In this document: positions 1 through 9,559 of the stretch, in pieces
Position numbering within the stretch: position 1 is the first letter of the stretch
Layout: every line of letters begins with the position of its first letter
NCBI GenBank assembly: GCA_964387275.1
Contig: CAYLVW010000002.1
Location: forward strand, 63,286-127,285
Source: an uncultured Candidatus Saccharibacteria bacterium
GTDB taxonomy: Bacteria > Patescibacteriota > WWE3 > UBA101185 > UBA10185
Direction: 5' to 3'
Length of the DNA: 64,000 bases
The notes under the pieces: generated by a model
Database searches by the model: none
Told to the model about the DNA's origin: nothing
The model's input: the letters and a program-made list of their open reading frames with translations, nothing else
Made by a program: the position numbers and the translations under genes

Positions 1-81
1 TAGGAACCAATTTATGGCCCCTATCTTCATAAAATTTAATAAATTTTCTTAATAATTGTTCGGTAGTCATATTATTGACCT

Positions 82-156
82 TGGAGGCCTGGGCGGGAAT
101 CGAACCCGCGTATACAGGTTTTGCAGACCCGTGCCTTACCACTTGGCTACCAGGCC
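82..156 (-). tRNA. tRNA-Cys (anticodon GCA), CCA encoded
   Basis: Reverse complement reads GGCCTGGTAGCCAAGTGGTAAGGCACGGGTCTGCAAAACCTGTATACGCGGGTTCGATTCCCGCCCAGGCCTCCA. It has a 7-bp acceptor stem, a D-arm, an anticodon loop CT-GCA-AA, a T-arm GCGGG/TTCGATT/CCCGC, and a 3' CCA. Confidence 0.85.
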
Positions 157-289
157 AAAATCAATTTAGTAACCCTTAGCGTGTTAAAAACACACTATAT
201 AGCAAAATAGTCTTTTATGCGAACACAAAGCCACGCAAGACTAATCTGCTGTTGATATTTTAACACCTGCATGTTAATTTTAAATAACG

Positions 290-1522
290 ATGGCAATTTC
301 AACTATCCAACCAAAGAATAAATCCAACAATTTTAAAAGCTTGGCTTTATATCTTGGGGCTTCTTTTGCAGTAGGAGGTCTCGTTTTTGCAATAGGTTAT
401 TTTGGCACAAGTATTCAAAATCTATTAGGCAAATCTACTCTAAAAGTAACATCACCGTACGGAAACTACGATGTCTACAATGAAGGGAAATTATTAGGCA
501 CAACCCCTATAGAATTTAAAGAATTAAAATCTGGTGAGAATAATGTGAAAATAAGTGGTGACTACTATGACGAAACAATTGACCTTGATGTAGAAACAAA
601 TTCAATGGTAATTATTGAAAAAGACTTAGGTGTTTCAAAACAGTTTTCTTCTGGCCAAGTTTTTTGGGTTGAAAAAGACAAAACAGGCACTGTAGCAAGT
701 ATAATTTCAGACCCCCAAAACGCCAAAGTTATAATTGATGGTACTGAAGTAGGAAAAACACCATATACCTCAAATAGTTTAACAGAGGGAGGGTATGACT
801 TAAGGGTTGAGTCTCCTGGTTTTGAACCACAATCAGCCAGGATAGAGGTAAAGAAGGGACTAACTGTAAAAGGCTCAATTAAACTGTTTCCAAAACCGAT
901 TACAGAAAAAGTATCATTATTTGAAGGCAGCACAAACCTATACAATGGCACCATAGATAATACTAACGTCACATCTGATATCAGAGAGTGGGTCATGGCA
1001 ATTGCATACTGGAATAAAACAAGGGGAATTGCTTTAGGAGAATCAGGTTTAAAAAAAGATGTAGCATTTAATTACTTTTTAGATGCAAATGGAAACTATT
1101 ATGATAAAGATGGTAATGAGATTACAACAAAAGAAGGTGTAGAAACTCTAAAAGGTTCTACTAAAGGACTATATGTAGCCCAAGGACAAACATCCCAAGG
1201 CATATCAGAGCCAGCCAAAGCATCCCTAAGTCTAATTGGAGGTTCTACTAATAAAATGGCTGTGATTAAACAGACACCAACAGGTTGGTTAAGAGTACGG
1301 GATTTGCCCTCACTAAACGGTGTAGAGGTAGCAAGGGTGAATGTAGGAGGTAAATATGAGGTGTTGGAAGAAAAGGAAGGCTGGACAAAAATCAAAATAA
1401 CAGAAAGCTCATCTGGATGGGTGTCCTCAGAGTACATAGACCAAGATTCGCAGTCCGAAACACCTCCAACTACAACTCCCACACCAATACCATCAGCATC
1501 TCCAACCCAATTACCTAACTAA
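290..1522 (+). CDS. Membrane-anchored PEGA-domain protein with a C-terminal SH3b-like domain and Pro/Thr-rich tail
   Basis: There is an N-terminal TM. PEGA-like repeats include VIIDGTEVGKTPYTSNSLTEGGYDLRVESPGFEP. SH3b-like segment is GWLRVRDLPSLNGVEVARVNVGGKYEVLEEKEGWTKIKI...GWVSSEYI. The protein ends in a PTTTPTPIPSASPT tail. Confidence 0.55.
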   Translation: MAISTIQPKNKSNNFKSLALYLGASFAVGGLVFAIGYFGTSIQNLLGKSTLKVTSPYGNYDVYNEGKLLGTTPIEFKELKSGENNVKISGDYYDETIDLDVETNSMVIIEKDLGVSKQFSSGQVFWVEKDKTGTVASIISDPQNAKVIIDGTEVGKTPYTSNSLTEGGYDLRVESPGFEPQSARIEVKKGLTVKGSIKLFPKPITEKVSLFEGSTNLYNGTIDNTNVTSDIREWVMAIAYWNKTRGIALGESGLKKDVAFNYFLDANGNYYDKDGNEITTKEGVETLKGSTKGLYVAQGQTSQGISEPAKASLSLIGGSTNKMAVIKQTPTGWLRVRDLPSLNGVEVARVNVGGKYEVLEEKEGWTKIKITESSSGWVSSEYIDQDSQSETPPTTTPTPIPSASPTQLPN

Positions 1523-2101
1523 CAACGGGTGCCAATCTAAAACGTCCGGTCTAAGGTGTTTAATTCTAGTGACAATCTCCGTATAAGAATCTGTCATACC
1601 AAGTCTTGAATAGTAATTAGCTGTGGTAACTAGGACGCCTAAGTCATTGGGTACATAAGAAGTAAGTGCCTCCGACTTCTCGGCGAACAAATCAAGATAT
1701 TTGTAGTCAAGATTTTTAGCAGTTACAGGATGTGTAAGATCAGTAATTGTTAAATAAAAATAAACAGGAAGGGTATTTCTTAAAGTAGCAAGATTGGTTG
1801 GATTTAGTTTTATAGCTAAGTCTAAAGCATCTACTGCTGAACTTTTATAAACAGGGGACATTTCTCTATCCATAGCAGAAGCATACAATAGCAGATGCGC
1901 CCTGGTTTTGAGGTAGGAGGGTTCAAAAGGATTGAGATTTGTGGCATTTTCACTAAAACTTAACCCTAGAAGTACTTCTTTATTTTTTATCAGAGTGTCT
2001 GCCGCAAAATCAAATGAATCAGCAACAAAAAAAGTGACTCCGATTACAACCACCAGCATATAAATAGCACTTATCAATAAAAAAACTATTTTTTTAGACA
2101 T
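1511..2101 (-). CDS. Hypothetical membrane-anchored (N-terminal TM) protein, co-transcribed with the Wzy-like gene
   Basis: The start is trimmed to MSKKIVFLL (TM helix), so the track ORF carries a 30-aa unsupported N-extension. The CDS overlaps the stop of the upstream ORF by 8 nt. Confidence 0.45.
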   Translation of the reverse strand: MSKKIVFLLISAIYMLVVVIGVTFFVADSFDFAADTLIKNKEVLLGLSFSENATNLNPFEPSYLKTRAHLLLYASAMDREMSPVYKSSAVDALDLAIKLNPTNLATLRNTLPVYFYLTITDLTHPVTAKNLDYKYLDLFAEKSEALTSYVPNDLGVLVTTANYYSRLGMTDSYTEIVTRIKHLRPDVLDWHPLLVR

Positions 2102-3416
2102 GCTTAATTTCCAATCTAAATGATAACCCCAAGAATACCCAATATAGTAGTTCGTTATATGTGGAGGGCCAACCAAATATGTTACAAACAAAGTAACTTA
2201 CTAATACAGCTGAGTACAATAAATGTTTTTTCTTTAAAGCAAAGTAGCCAATACATAAATATAGGATCAAGCTTACCGCCCCCTGTTCTGTAAGTATTTC
2301 CAAATAATAGTTATGAGGTTTATTTAAAATATACTCCCATTCTGATGAGTAATTTAACTCAACAGGTCTGTAGGGTTGAAACGCGTAAGGAAAGGTCTCA
2401 GGACCACTTCCAATAAGAAAAACCTTTGCACTGGATAATGCCAGTCGTATGGAGCCTTCCCACATCCCAAGCCTAATACCACCAGTATCAGAGTAGACAT
2501 AGTTAGAATCCGCATATACTCTAATAGTGGAGGTTACAAGACCACTAAAATCCTCAAATACATCCAGCATCCTACCCTTAAAATAATTAAAATTAAGTAA
2601 AGAGATTATTAAGAAAGAAACCAGTACCCCCAATATCAAATATTTTTTTATTAATACAATTTTGTAATTCATGGCGAGTAACACTAAAATACCAACCCCA
2701 AAACCGATATAACCAGAATTGGAATATGTCCTCCAAAAGCTCAAAAAGGTAAATACTAGGTATATGAAGTAAAAGAAAACCTCTCTCTTATTTTCAGAGT
2801 TTAATAAAATATACATAGAAACTATTAGCACTGTAGAAAGATACATAGACAACCAGTTAGGTTGGCCAATGGTAGAATAAATTCTTGTTATTGAAGGATC
2901 TAGTATTTGTATAAGAGAGACTAAAACAACTGGTATGGAAGAAAGCGTCAAGACACGAATAAATCTTTTGGATTCAGAGTCAGACCATGTAACAGTGTAA
3001 ATAAAAATAGGCACGTATATGAATAAGGAAACCATACCACCGTTAAATCGTGAGAAATAGCCAAAAATAGAAGTATATAAATCTTGGGAAAAGGCTGTAG
3101 ATAGTATAAAAATACTAAAATATGCAAAAACAATCTGCATCCTTTTATCAAATTGTACGGAGATTTTTTGATTTATAGCATCCCATGCAAAAGATATTAC
3201 AAACAAACCCCCGACTAAGTACAAAAAAGTTACTTTTGGAAATTCATAGGATTCGTTTGTGAAACTAGTTGTAATAAAGGGCATAACCACAACAAGTAAA
3301 TAAAACAGTAGTTTTGTTGGATTTTTCAATAAAAACTTAATTGACTGTGCTGTAATCATGATAGTATTATCGTAGTAGTCCTGCTCTATGTTTTCAAGAA
3401 TATTAATAAAACTCAT
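2094..3416 (-). CDS. O-antigen ligase/polymerase (Wzy_C)-like polytopic membrane protein
   Basis: At least 10 predicted TM helices with a large loop, matching the general Wzy/WaaL architecture. The start codon is uncertain. Confidence 0.45.
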   Translation of the reverse strand: MSFINILENIEQDYYDNTIMITAQSIKFLLKNPTKLLFYLLVVVMPFITTSFTNESYEFPKVTFLYLVGGLFVISFAWDAINQKISVQFDKRMQIVFAYFSIFILSTAFSQDLYTSIFGYFSRFNGGMVSLFIYVPIFIYTVTWSDSESKRFIRVLTLSSIPVVLVSLIQILDPSITRIYSTIGQPNWLSMYLSTVLIVSMYILLNSENKREVFFYFIYLVFTFLSFWRTYSNSGYIGFGVGILVLLAMNYKIVLIKKYLILGVLVSFLIISLLNFNYFKGRMLDVFEDFSGLVTSTIRVYADSNYVYSDTGGIRLGMWEGSIRLALSSAKVFLIGSGPETFPYAFQPYRPVELNYSSEWEYILNKPHNYYLEILTEQGAVSLILYLCIGYFALKKKHLLYSAVLVSYFVCNIFGWPSTYNELLYWVFLGLSFRLEIKHV

Positions 3417-3969
3417 CGACCAAGCAATTGTACCTGCTGTGCTTCTAATAGCAGTTAGGGTTGTCTCTGTTCTTGCTATAGCAAACTACCTTCAACTTAA
3501 AATAACCTTAAGCGGAAGTGGGTTTAATATAACAGATCAAGCAAACGGAGCTTCTGTAACACCTGAAACATATGTAATTATTAACTCTTATTCTACTTTA
3601 TCCATAGTTATAACAATGGCGGTAATCTTATTTTTTATAATTACAAAGTCTTTGGTGCTTCATGACACACATATAAAACCTGGCCTTGCTGCCAAAATGT
3701 TCTCACTAAAACTTTCACACTTTATACAAAACTCGTTTCAAATATATTCTCAAGCACTAGTTTGGATGGCTTATCTATACATGTTAGGGGCTGTTTCTGG
3801 AGTAATGGCTCTAAATGGCACACTGTATACGTGGGTGTTTTTTGTGACACTGTCTTTAGCAATAATTTCTACTGTAGTATTTGTGATAGATGTTGAATAT
3901 GAGATTAATATGGATAAACTTGAAGTTCCCCAGTATGAAGAAGAGGAAACTCTAGTAACAATAAAATGA
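3388..3969 (+). CDS. Hypothetical 4-TM membrane protein
   Basis: ORF with four hydrophobic helices and an acidic C-terminus. Confidence 0.4.
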   Translation: MFSRILIKLIDQAIVPAVLLIAVRVVSVLAIANYLQLKITLSGSGFNITDQANGASVTPETYVIINSYSTLSIVITMAVILFFIITKSLVLHDTHIKPGLAAKMFSLKLSHFIQNSFQIYSQALVWMAYLYMLGAVSGVMALNGTLYTWVFFVTLSLAIISTVVFVIDVEYEINMDKLEVPQYEEEETLVTIK

Positions 3970-4241
3970 AAAAAATAAAGGCTATGCTTAAAATATCAAT
4001 AAACTCAATGCTGCTTCTTTTATTAAGTTCTTTTGTGGCCCTACCTGCAGTATCAATGGGAATGTTTAATATAGAGTCTTCTGCCTCAAGTGTACTATCC
4101 TCTACCAGCGCCAGAGAATCCACACCGACAATAACTGAGCAAAAACAAGTGTATGAACCAGAAGTAAAGACTCTTCAGGAAGAGCTACCTTTAATACCCA
4201 CAGCAGCGGAAACAACTGAAACATCATCAACTACAAACTAA
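3966..4241 (+). CDS. Small secreted Ser/Thr-rich protein
   Basis: It has a signal-peptide-like N-terminus (LLLLLSSFVALPAVSMG) followed by a S/T-rich low-complexity region. Its start is coupled ATGA-style to the upstream stop. Confidence 0.35.
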   Translation: MKKIKAMLKISINSMLLLLLSSFVALPAVSMGMFNIESSASSVLSSTSARESTPTITEQKQVYEPEVKTLQEELPLIPTAAETTETSSTTN

Positions 4242-4242
4242 T

Positions 4243-5187
4243 TTATAATGTTGGGTAAAGATAAATAATACCAAGGATGGAAAGCCCCCAAAGTACTATA
4301 GATGCCAGTAGTGGGAAATCTGAGAGCAGTACCCTCTCTGGAGACTCACCTTCTTCCTTCTCATATATAACATAGAGGTACCTTGCAACACCATATATCA
4401 CAAACGGAATTGTTAACATCATCCACCTTGGGCTACTAAGAATGGAGGGTAGTATATCTTTTAACCTATCAGTGGTTGTGTCGGGAGATATCTGAAAAGC
4501 AAACAATGAGTAGGTAATAATACATAAACTTGAGGACATAGAAATCATACTGTCTAAGAGAGTGTCTGGGTAGTGACGTAGTGTTTGTCTAGTAGACCCT
4601 TCTTCAATTAATTTCATATGTTTTTTAAGAAGAGTTCTTTCGGACCGTCTTTTACCAAAAGCTAGCAATAAAGATAATCCGATAGTTGCTAAAATCAACC
4701 AAGAGGATAGAGAGGTGTTGGTGGCAAACCCACCTGCGAACACTCTCAAAACAAAACCAGACCCTACAGCTAAAGAATCAAGAATAATTACATTCCTTAA
4801 ATACAGTGAGTAAGTTAGCTGAAGTATTATATAAATCATTAAAGCAACGGTGAAGAAAGTTCCTACACTAAACATACCAAAGTACAAACTAGATAGCATA
4901 AGAACAAAAGCGACAATCCAAGCTAATTTCTCTGAAAGTTTGCCAGAAGCAATAGGTCTATTTTTCTTTACAGGGTGTAGTCTGTCTTTAGGAGCATCTA
5001 TAAGATCATTCATTATATAGGTGGCAGACGAAACAAGACAGAAAACTAAAAATGCTGTTAAAGCTTGCGAAAATACCTTTTCATCAAAAAGATTCCCAAA
5101 AAATAGAGGGGCTGCAAAAAGGGAAAAGTTTTTCAGCCATTGACGAGGCCGCACTGTCCTAATAATTTGATACAGTTTTTCAGTCAT
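4243..5187 (-). CDS. UbiA-family prenyltransferase, decaprenyl-phosphate phosphoribosyltransferase (DPPRS)-like
   Basis: Contains NDLIDAPKDRLHPVKKNRPIASG, which is the NDxxDxxxD motif plus an RPIA(S/A)G segment, and has multiple TM helices. The start is placed at the internal MTEKLYQ (ATG at 5187), which leaves a 7-nt gap to the upstream gene. Confidence 0.65.
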   Translation of the reverse strand: MTEKLYQIIRTVRPRQWLKNFSLFAAPLFFGNLFDEKVFSQALTAFLVFCLVSSATYIMNDLIDAPKDRLHPVKKNRPIASGKLSEKLAWIVAFVLMLSSLYFGMFSVGTFFTVALMIYIILQLTYSLYLRNVIILDSLAVGSGFVLRVFAGGFATNTSLSSWLILATIGLSLLLAFGKRRSERTLLKKHMKLIEEGSTRQTLRHYPDTLLDSMISMSSSLCIITYSLFAFQISPDTTTDRLKDILPSILSSPRWMMLTIPFVIYGVARYLYVIYEKEEGESPERVLLSDFPLLASIVLWGLSILGIIYLYPTL

Positions 5188-6973
5188 TGTTACTATGATA
5201 TGGGTTTTCTCCGGTACATGCAAATTCGTAAGACCTGTAATCCCTATGCTCACTGCGTAAATACTTTATCTGCTTTAGGTACTTAAATCTCTCCCTGCGG
5301 AAGTAAGAAAACCTTGTACCTAGTTCTGACTCCACTTCACACAGTTTTTTCATAAACAACTGATCCAATTTTATTAAATTGTTAATAGATTTGGGCAAAA
5401 CCAATTTAAAGTAACTTTCAACAGAAATACTATTGTATCTAGAGTAATAGGACCTAACCACATTAACACCGTGTGAGGTATCATCAAAATAGTCGCTTAA
5501 GTCATCGAGATACTGCCTAATAATGAGTTGTATATCAAATAGGCAGGAAAAAACATTCGATATTGCGCAACGAGAAGAAAAAATGTAGTAGATAATAAAC
5601 CTGGATGAAATAGACGCCAGCTTACCTTTACTTAATAATGCCAACATCAACTTATTTATACCTGGGGCAACAATACCTATAAATTGATACTCAAAAGTTA
5701 AAGCTTTAATACAAGACACTAAGAAACGCTGGAAACTTTTGTGAGAATATTTATCTAAAACTTTTGAAGAGTAATCTAAATATGATTTCATGTAGTCCTT
5801 ATACATCAAAGATGTCACAAATATATTTCCTTTTGATTCATCCAAAAAATTATCAAGATCCGTAAATAAAGAAAATCCAACTACATTTAACATAGCTAGT
5901 GTATCTACCATATCTTTCGGTATAGAATTTCCCACTTCCCCAGGAAATGAGTTAAACAAATAGGTCGGCTCCATAAAACTATTAACCATACCGGTAGAAA
6001 TTTCTATAGGTAGGGTAGGTTTTACGATAAATTTTTGATGGTGGTTAATAAGTATTTTGCGGCACCTATTTTCCGCGGTAATTATCGAATTTTTATGTAT
6101 TAAAAGCATTTTTGCTGCTGTATCAACTGCAAACGAACCTACATAGGTATTAACACCGCCGACACTTCTTTCTATAAACAAACTAATAGGCAACTCCCCA
6201 CATGCGACAAAATTAGGATCACGCCGTAAATTATTCAGTGTGTTGCTATACAAGGGTGTAAATCTCTTAAGAAACTGTAAAGATAATAATAAATATGTGG
6301 TTTCAGTTTTATCTAAATTGGCTTTATTACTCAAGGCATTCTCAATTATGCTAAACAGCTTCGAATTACTTTTGTTGGTCAAAACTTCTGAAACTCTCGA
6401 TAGTAAAAAAACCTTAAAACTTAGGTTGCTATAGTACTTTGACTCTAAAGAACCGTTTTGAACTAACCTATTTAAAAATTTAATTAACCCCTCTGGGTAC
6501 AACTTACTCTTGATCAAAGTGTATAAAATGTTAGCGTTAACAAAAAGATCTGGATCTTCTTGGTTTTTGGTAATCCAAGTGTGATAAGGACCTCCAAACT
6601 CTATTGAATTTTTTAACAACAATTCTATGTAATCCCAACGTCTATTATTTAATAAATCAAGCCCATATATTCCGACAAAAGTGTCATCTAAATCATCTGG
6701 ATAAATAGGGTTTTCAAAATGGTAATTCAGGGTTAGTTTATGCTTGATATAAGTTTGAGTGATCTTATGTTTAAGTTTCTTGTACAAGGCGCTGTCTTCA
6801 AACCCAGAATCTCTTAGGAGCATTAATACTAAGTAATTAATAAAAGCATTTGAAGTTACCTCAGCACCAAAATTCACACGCATACTGATGGATTCAAATA
6901 CACCAGAAGAATTAGCTTTGGTAGAAAGTAAATTATATAACTCAGTTAACAATCGGTTGTCTGTGTACATCAA
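5180..6973 (-). CDS. Hypothetical 597-aa protein with a class II terpene cyclase-like DxDDT motif (alpha/alpha-toroid-like)
   Basis: IYPDDLDDTFVGIYGL aligns residue-for-residue with the squalene-hopene cyclase active-site segment YYPDVDDTAVVVWAL. There are no TM helices, and QW repeats are not clearly recognisable. Confidence 0.4.
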   Translation of the reverse strand: MMYTDNRLLTELYNLLSTKANSSGVFESISMRVNFGAEVTSNAFINYLVLMLLRDSGFEDSALYKKLKHKITQTYIKHKLTLNYHFENPIYPDDLDDTFVGIYGLDLLNNRRWDYIELLLKNSIEFGGPYHTWITKNQEDPDLFVNANILYTLIKSKLYPEGLIKFLNRLVQNGSLESKYYSNLSFKVFLLSRVSEVLTNKSNSKLFSIIENALSNKANLDKTETTYLLLSLQFLKRFTPLYSNTLNNLRRDPNFVACGELPISLFIERSVGGVNTYVGSFAVDTAAKMLLIHKNSIITAENRCRKILINHHQKFIVKPTLPIEISTGMVNSFMEPTYLFNSFPGEVGNSIPKDMVDTLAMLNVVGFSLFTDLDNFLDESKGNIFVTSLMYKDYMKSYLDYSSKVLDKYSHKSFQRFLVSCIKALTFEYQFIGIVAPGINKLMLALLSKGKLASISSRFIIYYIFSSRCAISNVFSCLFDIQLIIRQYLDDLSDYFDDTSHGVNVVRSYYSRYNSISVESYFKLVLPKSINNLIKLDQLFMKKLCEVESELGTRFSYFRRERFKYLKQIKYLRSEHRDYRSYEFACTGENPYHSNND

Positions 6974-8243
6974 GTGGAAAGTTCAGTTTAAATTTAGTTC
7001 CCCATGCTCCAGATTCATATGTAATGTCACCGTGAAAATGCTTTTGCATTATTTCTCTACATACAGAAAGCCCAAGGCCTGTACCGCCTACCGCAAGCTT
7101 GGTGGAATAGAATAAGTCAAAAACCCTGTCCCCGATCTCAGAACTTATCCCACAACCATTATCATAAACTTCAATTATTAATAAATCTTTAATACAGACA
7201 AACGAAACCTTAATAATGTTTTGACTCTGAGTAGATAACTTAAAGGAGTCTATAGAATTACTGAGTAGATTTTTCACTAACTGAAAAAACTTTACTGAAT
7301 TTCCATAAAGCTTTGGTGTAAATGTGGCATCAACTAGTACAGTTACCTTATTAGCCTTTATCTGATTCTTTAGAATAACAAGCACATTATCTACCTCAAC
7401 CATAGGAGCAAATAACTCGCTGCTGTCAATACAAGATACCTGTTTTCTAGCTGAATCTAGAAAATTTCTTAACTTACCCATATACTCAATGGTCGTAGAA
7501 ATGTCTTGATGTACAGATAGGTCGAGGTTTTTAGTTCGCAAGGCATTTGTGGATAAATTTTCTAAGCTCAAACTTACAGAAGTAAGTAAGTTAGATAGAT
7601 CGTGAAACAAACCTGAAGTATTTTTACCAACTTCAACCAGATTATTTATCTTGTTTATTTGTTCTGCTTTTAAGTACCTAACCTCTTCAGATTTTTTAGC
7701 CACAAGGTTCTCCAACATCTTATTTTGCTCTATCAAAAAATCTTGGAACTCTTTAGATCTTAGATATAAAGAATTTATTTTTCTTCTTGAATACCAGGAC
7801 AAAGAAGCTATAAATATTAATAATAAACCCACTACCAAAGCATCGCCAATATCAAACTTATCCTGTAACCACGAGCTATCATATAAAAGAATTCCATTAA
7901 ATTGGAGGTAGGAAATAAGACTAAGATAAATCCCAGTTAGGAGCGTTAAAACAAAAGATGCAGATATATCAAAAAGGATACTGGTTAGGGTTATTGTTAA
8001 CAGAAACAGTAGAGTACTTAGTGGAAGTAAAGACCCCCATTTCGCTGCAACCAAACTGGAAGTGATAAATAAAACTAATATAAGAAAACTCTTAACAAAT
8101 TTAAGATAACCCAGTTGCCCCAAAACATACATACAAATAAAAACTAAGGTAAATAATAAGTTGGTATTGGGATCTATACCTCGGAAGTCATAACTATTAA
8201 ATATTTGGTTATAAAGAGTGGAAATATAACAAAACGAGGACAA
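6942..8243 (-). CDS. Sensor histidine kinase with an N-terminal polytopic (5-6 TM) sensor domain
   Basis: H-box is FHDLSNLLTSV. HATPase G-box is GGTGLGLSVCREI. A coiled-coil linker is present. Confidence 0.8.
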   Translation of the reverse strand: MSSFCYISTLYNQIFNSYDFRGIDPNTNLLFTLVFICMYVLGQLGYLKFVKSFLILVLFITSSLVAAKWGSLLPLSTLLFLLTITLTSILFDISASFVLTLLTGIYLSLISYLQFNGILLYDSSWLQDKFDIGDALVVGLLLIFIASLSWYSRRKINSLYLRSKEFQDFLIEQNKMLENLVAKKSEEVRYLKAEQINKINNLVEVGKNTSGLFHDLSNLLTSVSLSLENLSTNALRTKNLDLSVHQDISTTIEYMGKLRNFLDSARKQVSCIDSSELFAPMVEVDNVLVILKNQIKANKVTVLVDATFTPKLYGNSVKFFQLVKNLLSNSIDSFKLSTQSQNIIKVSFVCIKDLLIIEVYDNGCGISSEIGDRVFDLFYSTKLAVGGTGLGLSVCREIMQKHFHGDITYESGAWGTKFKLNFPLDVHRQPIVN

Positions 8244-8361
8244 TATTATGAGACATACTAAAGATGCATTTAATATAATTTTCTTGAATTTTTCAATAGA
8301 GTCTATCTTTCTATCAAATTCTTGTATAAACTCCAGATATTTTTTTTTTTATTTTTTGTTT

Positions 8362-8390
8362 GGGGGGGGGGCTGCGTAGCCCCCCCCCCC
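8362..8390. repeat. G10-CTGCGTAG-C11 homopolymer hairpin preceded by a T-run
   Basis: Sequence tttttttttt atttttt gttt GGGGGGGGGG CTGCGTAG CCCCCCCCCCC, lying in the intergenic region between the response-regulator stop and the histidine-kinase start. Confidence 0.6.
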
Positions 8391-8552
8391 TACAACCCTA
8401 AATCACTAATCTTGCCAAGGCACTCCCACACCTGTTACTAAACTCTTAACAACACCCTTAGCACCCCCAACACTACCTGAATTAAGATATTTACTAAGCA
8501 ACTCATGCATATACCTCCAGTATCTAGTGCTACTCGCCGCGTAATAGCTAAA

Positions 8553-9221
8553 TTAAATAACTTTATACCTATAACCAAACCCATACACTGTATCAATTGG
8601 ATCAATACCCCGATATAAAAACTTCTTTCGAAGATTACGTATGTGCACATCGACAGAGTTTGAAGACATATCAATATTGTTTTCCCATAGCTTATTAAGC
8701 AGTTCATCCCGCTGAACAATACGTCCCTTGTTTTGCACAAGGTACTCTAGTATTCCGTACTCTTTTGGAGTAAACCTAACCTCTACATTATTTACACAAA
8801 CAGTTTTAGCGGTTGTGTCAATTTCTACTCCAAACGCCTTTAACACATTTGTCGTATCGAAGTTTTTGACTCTTCTATTAACAGCTTTAATCCTTGATAT
8901 TAACTCCGCGAAGACGAAAGGTTTAGTGATATAGTCATCAGCACCAAGATCTAAGCTTGAAACCTTATAACCCAGCTCTGATTTAGCTGTTAACATTATT
9001 ATCCCTACCCTGGAGCAAGAAGTCTTTATCAATTTGCACACCTCTGTTCCGCTCATATCAGGCAACCCTATGTCAACCAAGACTATGTCGTAGCTATTCA
9101 TCTGCGAATAATAGACTCCGTCAGAACCATTATCTACGTGGTCAACTATAAAGTGGTTTTTAAGCCCAAGCTTTGTCTGTGTCGCGACATCAAACTCGTC
9201 TTCTATTAATAAAACCCTCAT
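8553..9221 (-). CDS. OmpR/PhoB-family response regulator
   Basis: Receiver domain MRVLLIEDE...DIVLVDIGLPDMSG...KPF, with a winged-helix C-terminus (RFTPKEYGILEYL..VDVHIRNLRKK). Confidence 0.85.
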   Translation of the reverse strand: MRVLLIEDEFDVATQTKLGLKNHFIVDHVDNGSDGVYYSQMNSYDIVLVDIGLPDMSGTEVCKLIKTSCSRVGIIMLTAKSELGYKVSSLDLGADDYITKPFVFAELISRIKAVNRRVKNFDTTNVLKAFGVEIDTTAKTVCVNNVEVRFTPKEYGILEYLVQNKGRIVQRDELLNKLWENNIDMSSNSVDVHIRNLRKKFLYRGIDPIDTVYGFGYRYKVI

Positions 9222-9324
9222 TGTCGTAATCTCTGTACATATTTATACAATACAATAATTAAAAAATAATTAAGAATTGATCCAATTTTTATTTAAAAAA
9301 AGACCCTTGAAAAATCATAGTATT

Positions 9325-9558
9325 TCAAGGGTCAGATTCATAGCTCTTTAGCTCACGAAGAGTTCTATTAAAACCAAACAGACTAAGAATGAGCACAAAT
9401 ACACATCTAAGCATGTTTTCAGAATGATCCATGCCTGTTAACAAATAATTCAGCCCTAAAACTAATGCAAGTGTACTGGAAAACACGACTACAAAACAAA
9501 AAACCAACAACAGTGCATATACAAATTGCGCATATAGTGGCTTTTTAGGCTCTAGCAA
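9325..9558 (-). CDS. Small 2-TM membrane protein (paralog B)
   Basis: Two helices. The C-terminal LFGFNRTLRELKSY matches the paralog A motif. The two genes are separated by 1 nt. Confidence 0.4.
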   Translation of the reverse strand: MLEPKKPLYAQFVYALLLVFCFVVVFSSTLALVLGLNYLLTGMDHSENMLRCVFVLILSLFGFNRTLRELKSYESDP

Positions 9559-9559
9559 T

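Noticed and set aside
565-1482. Minus-strand ORFs (565..996, 1099..1482) inside the PEGA/SH3b gene
   Set aside because: They lie antisense within a well-supported coding region, their translations have no features, and they are typical shadow ORFs. The same applies to 2948..3151, 6240..6434, 7651..7911, 11376..11703, 14172..14438, 20297..20617, 22086..22785, 24296..25290, 28568..29341, 30455..31402, 34389..35252, 40096..41293, 43369..44115, 48052..50796, 53362..54125, 59702..59969, 60905..61438 and 63111..63632.
8438-8740. 100-aa ORF spanning the HK-RR intergenic region and the response-regulator 3' end
   Set aside because: It overlaps the response-regulator gene in another frame and reads through the G/C homopolymer hairpin. 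Its Cys/Leu-rich translation has no domain.
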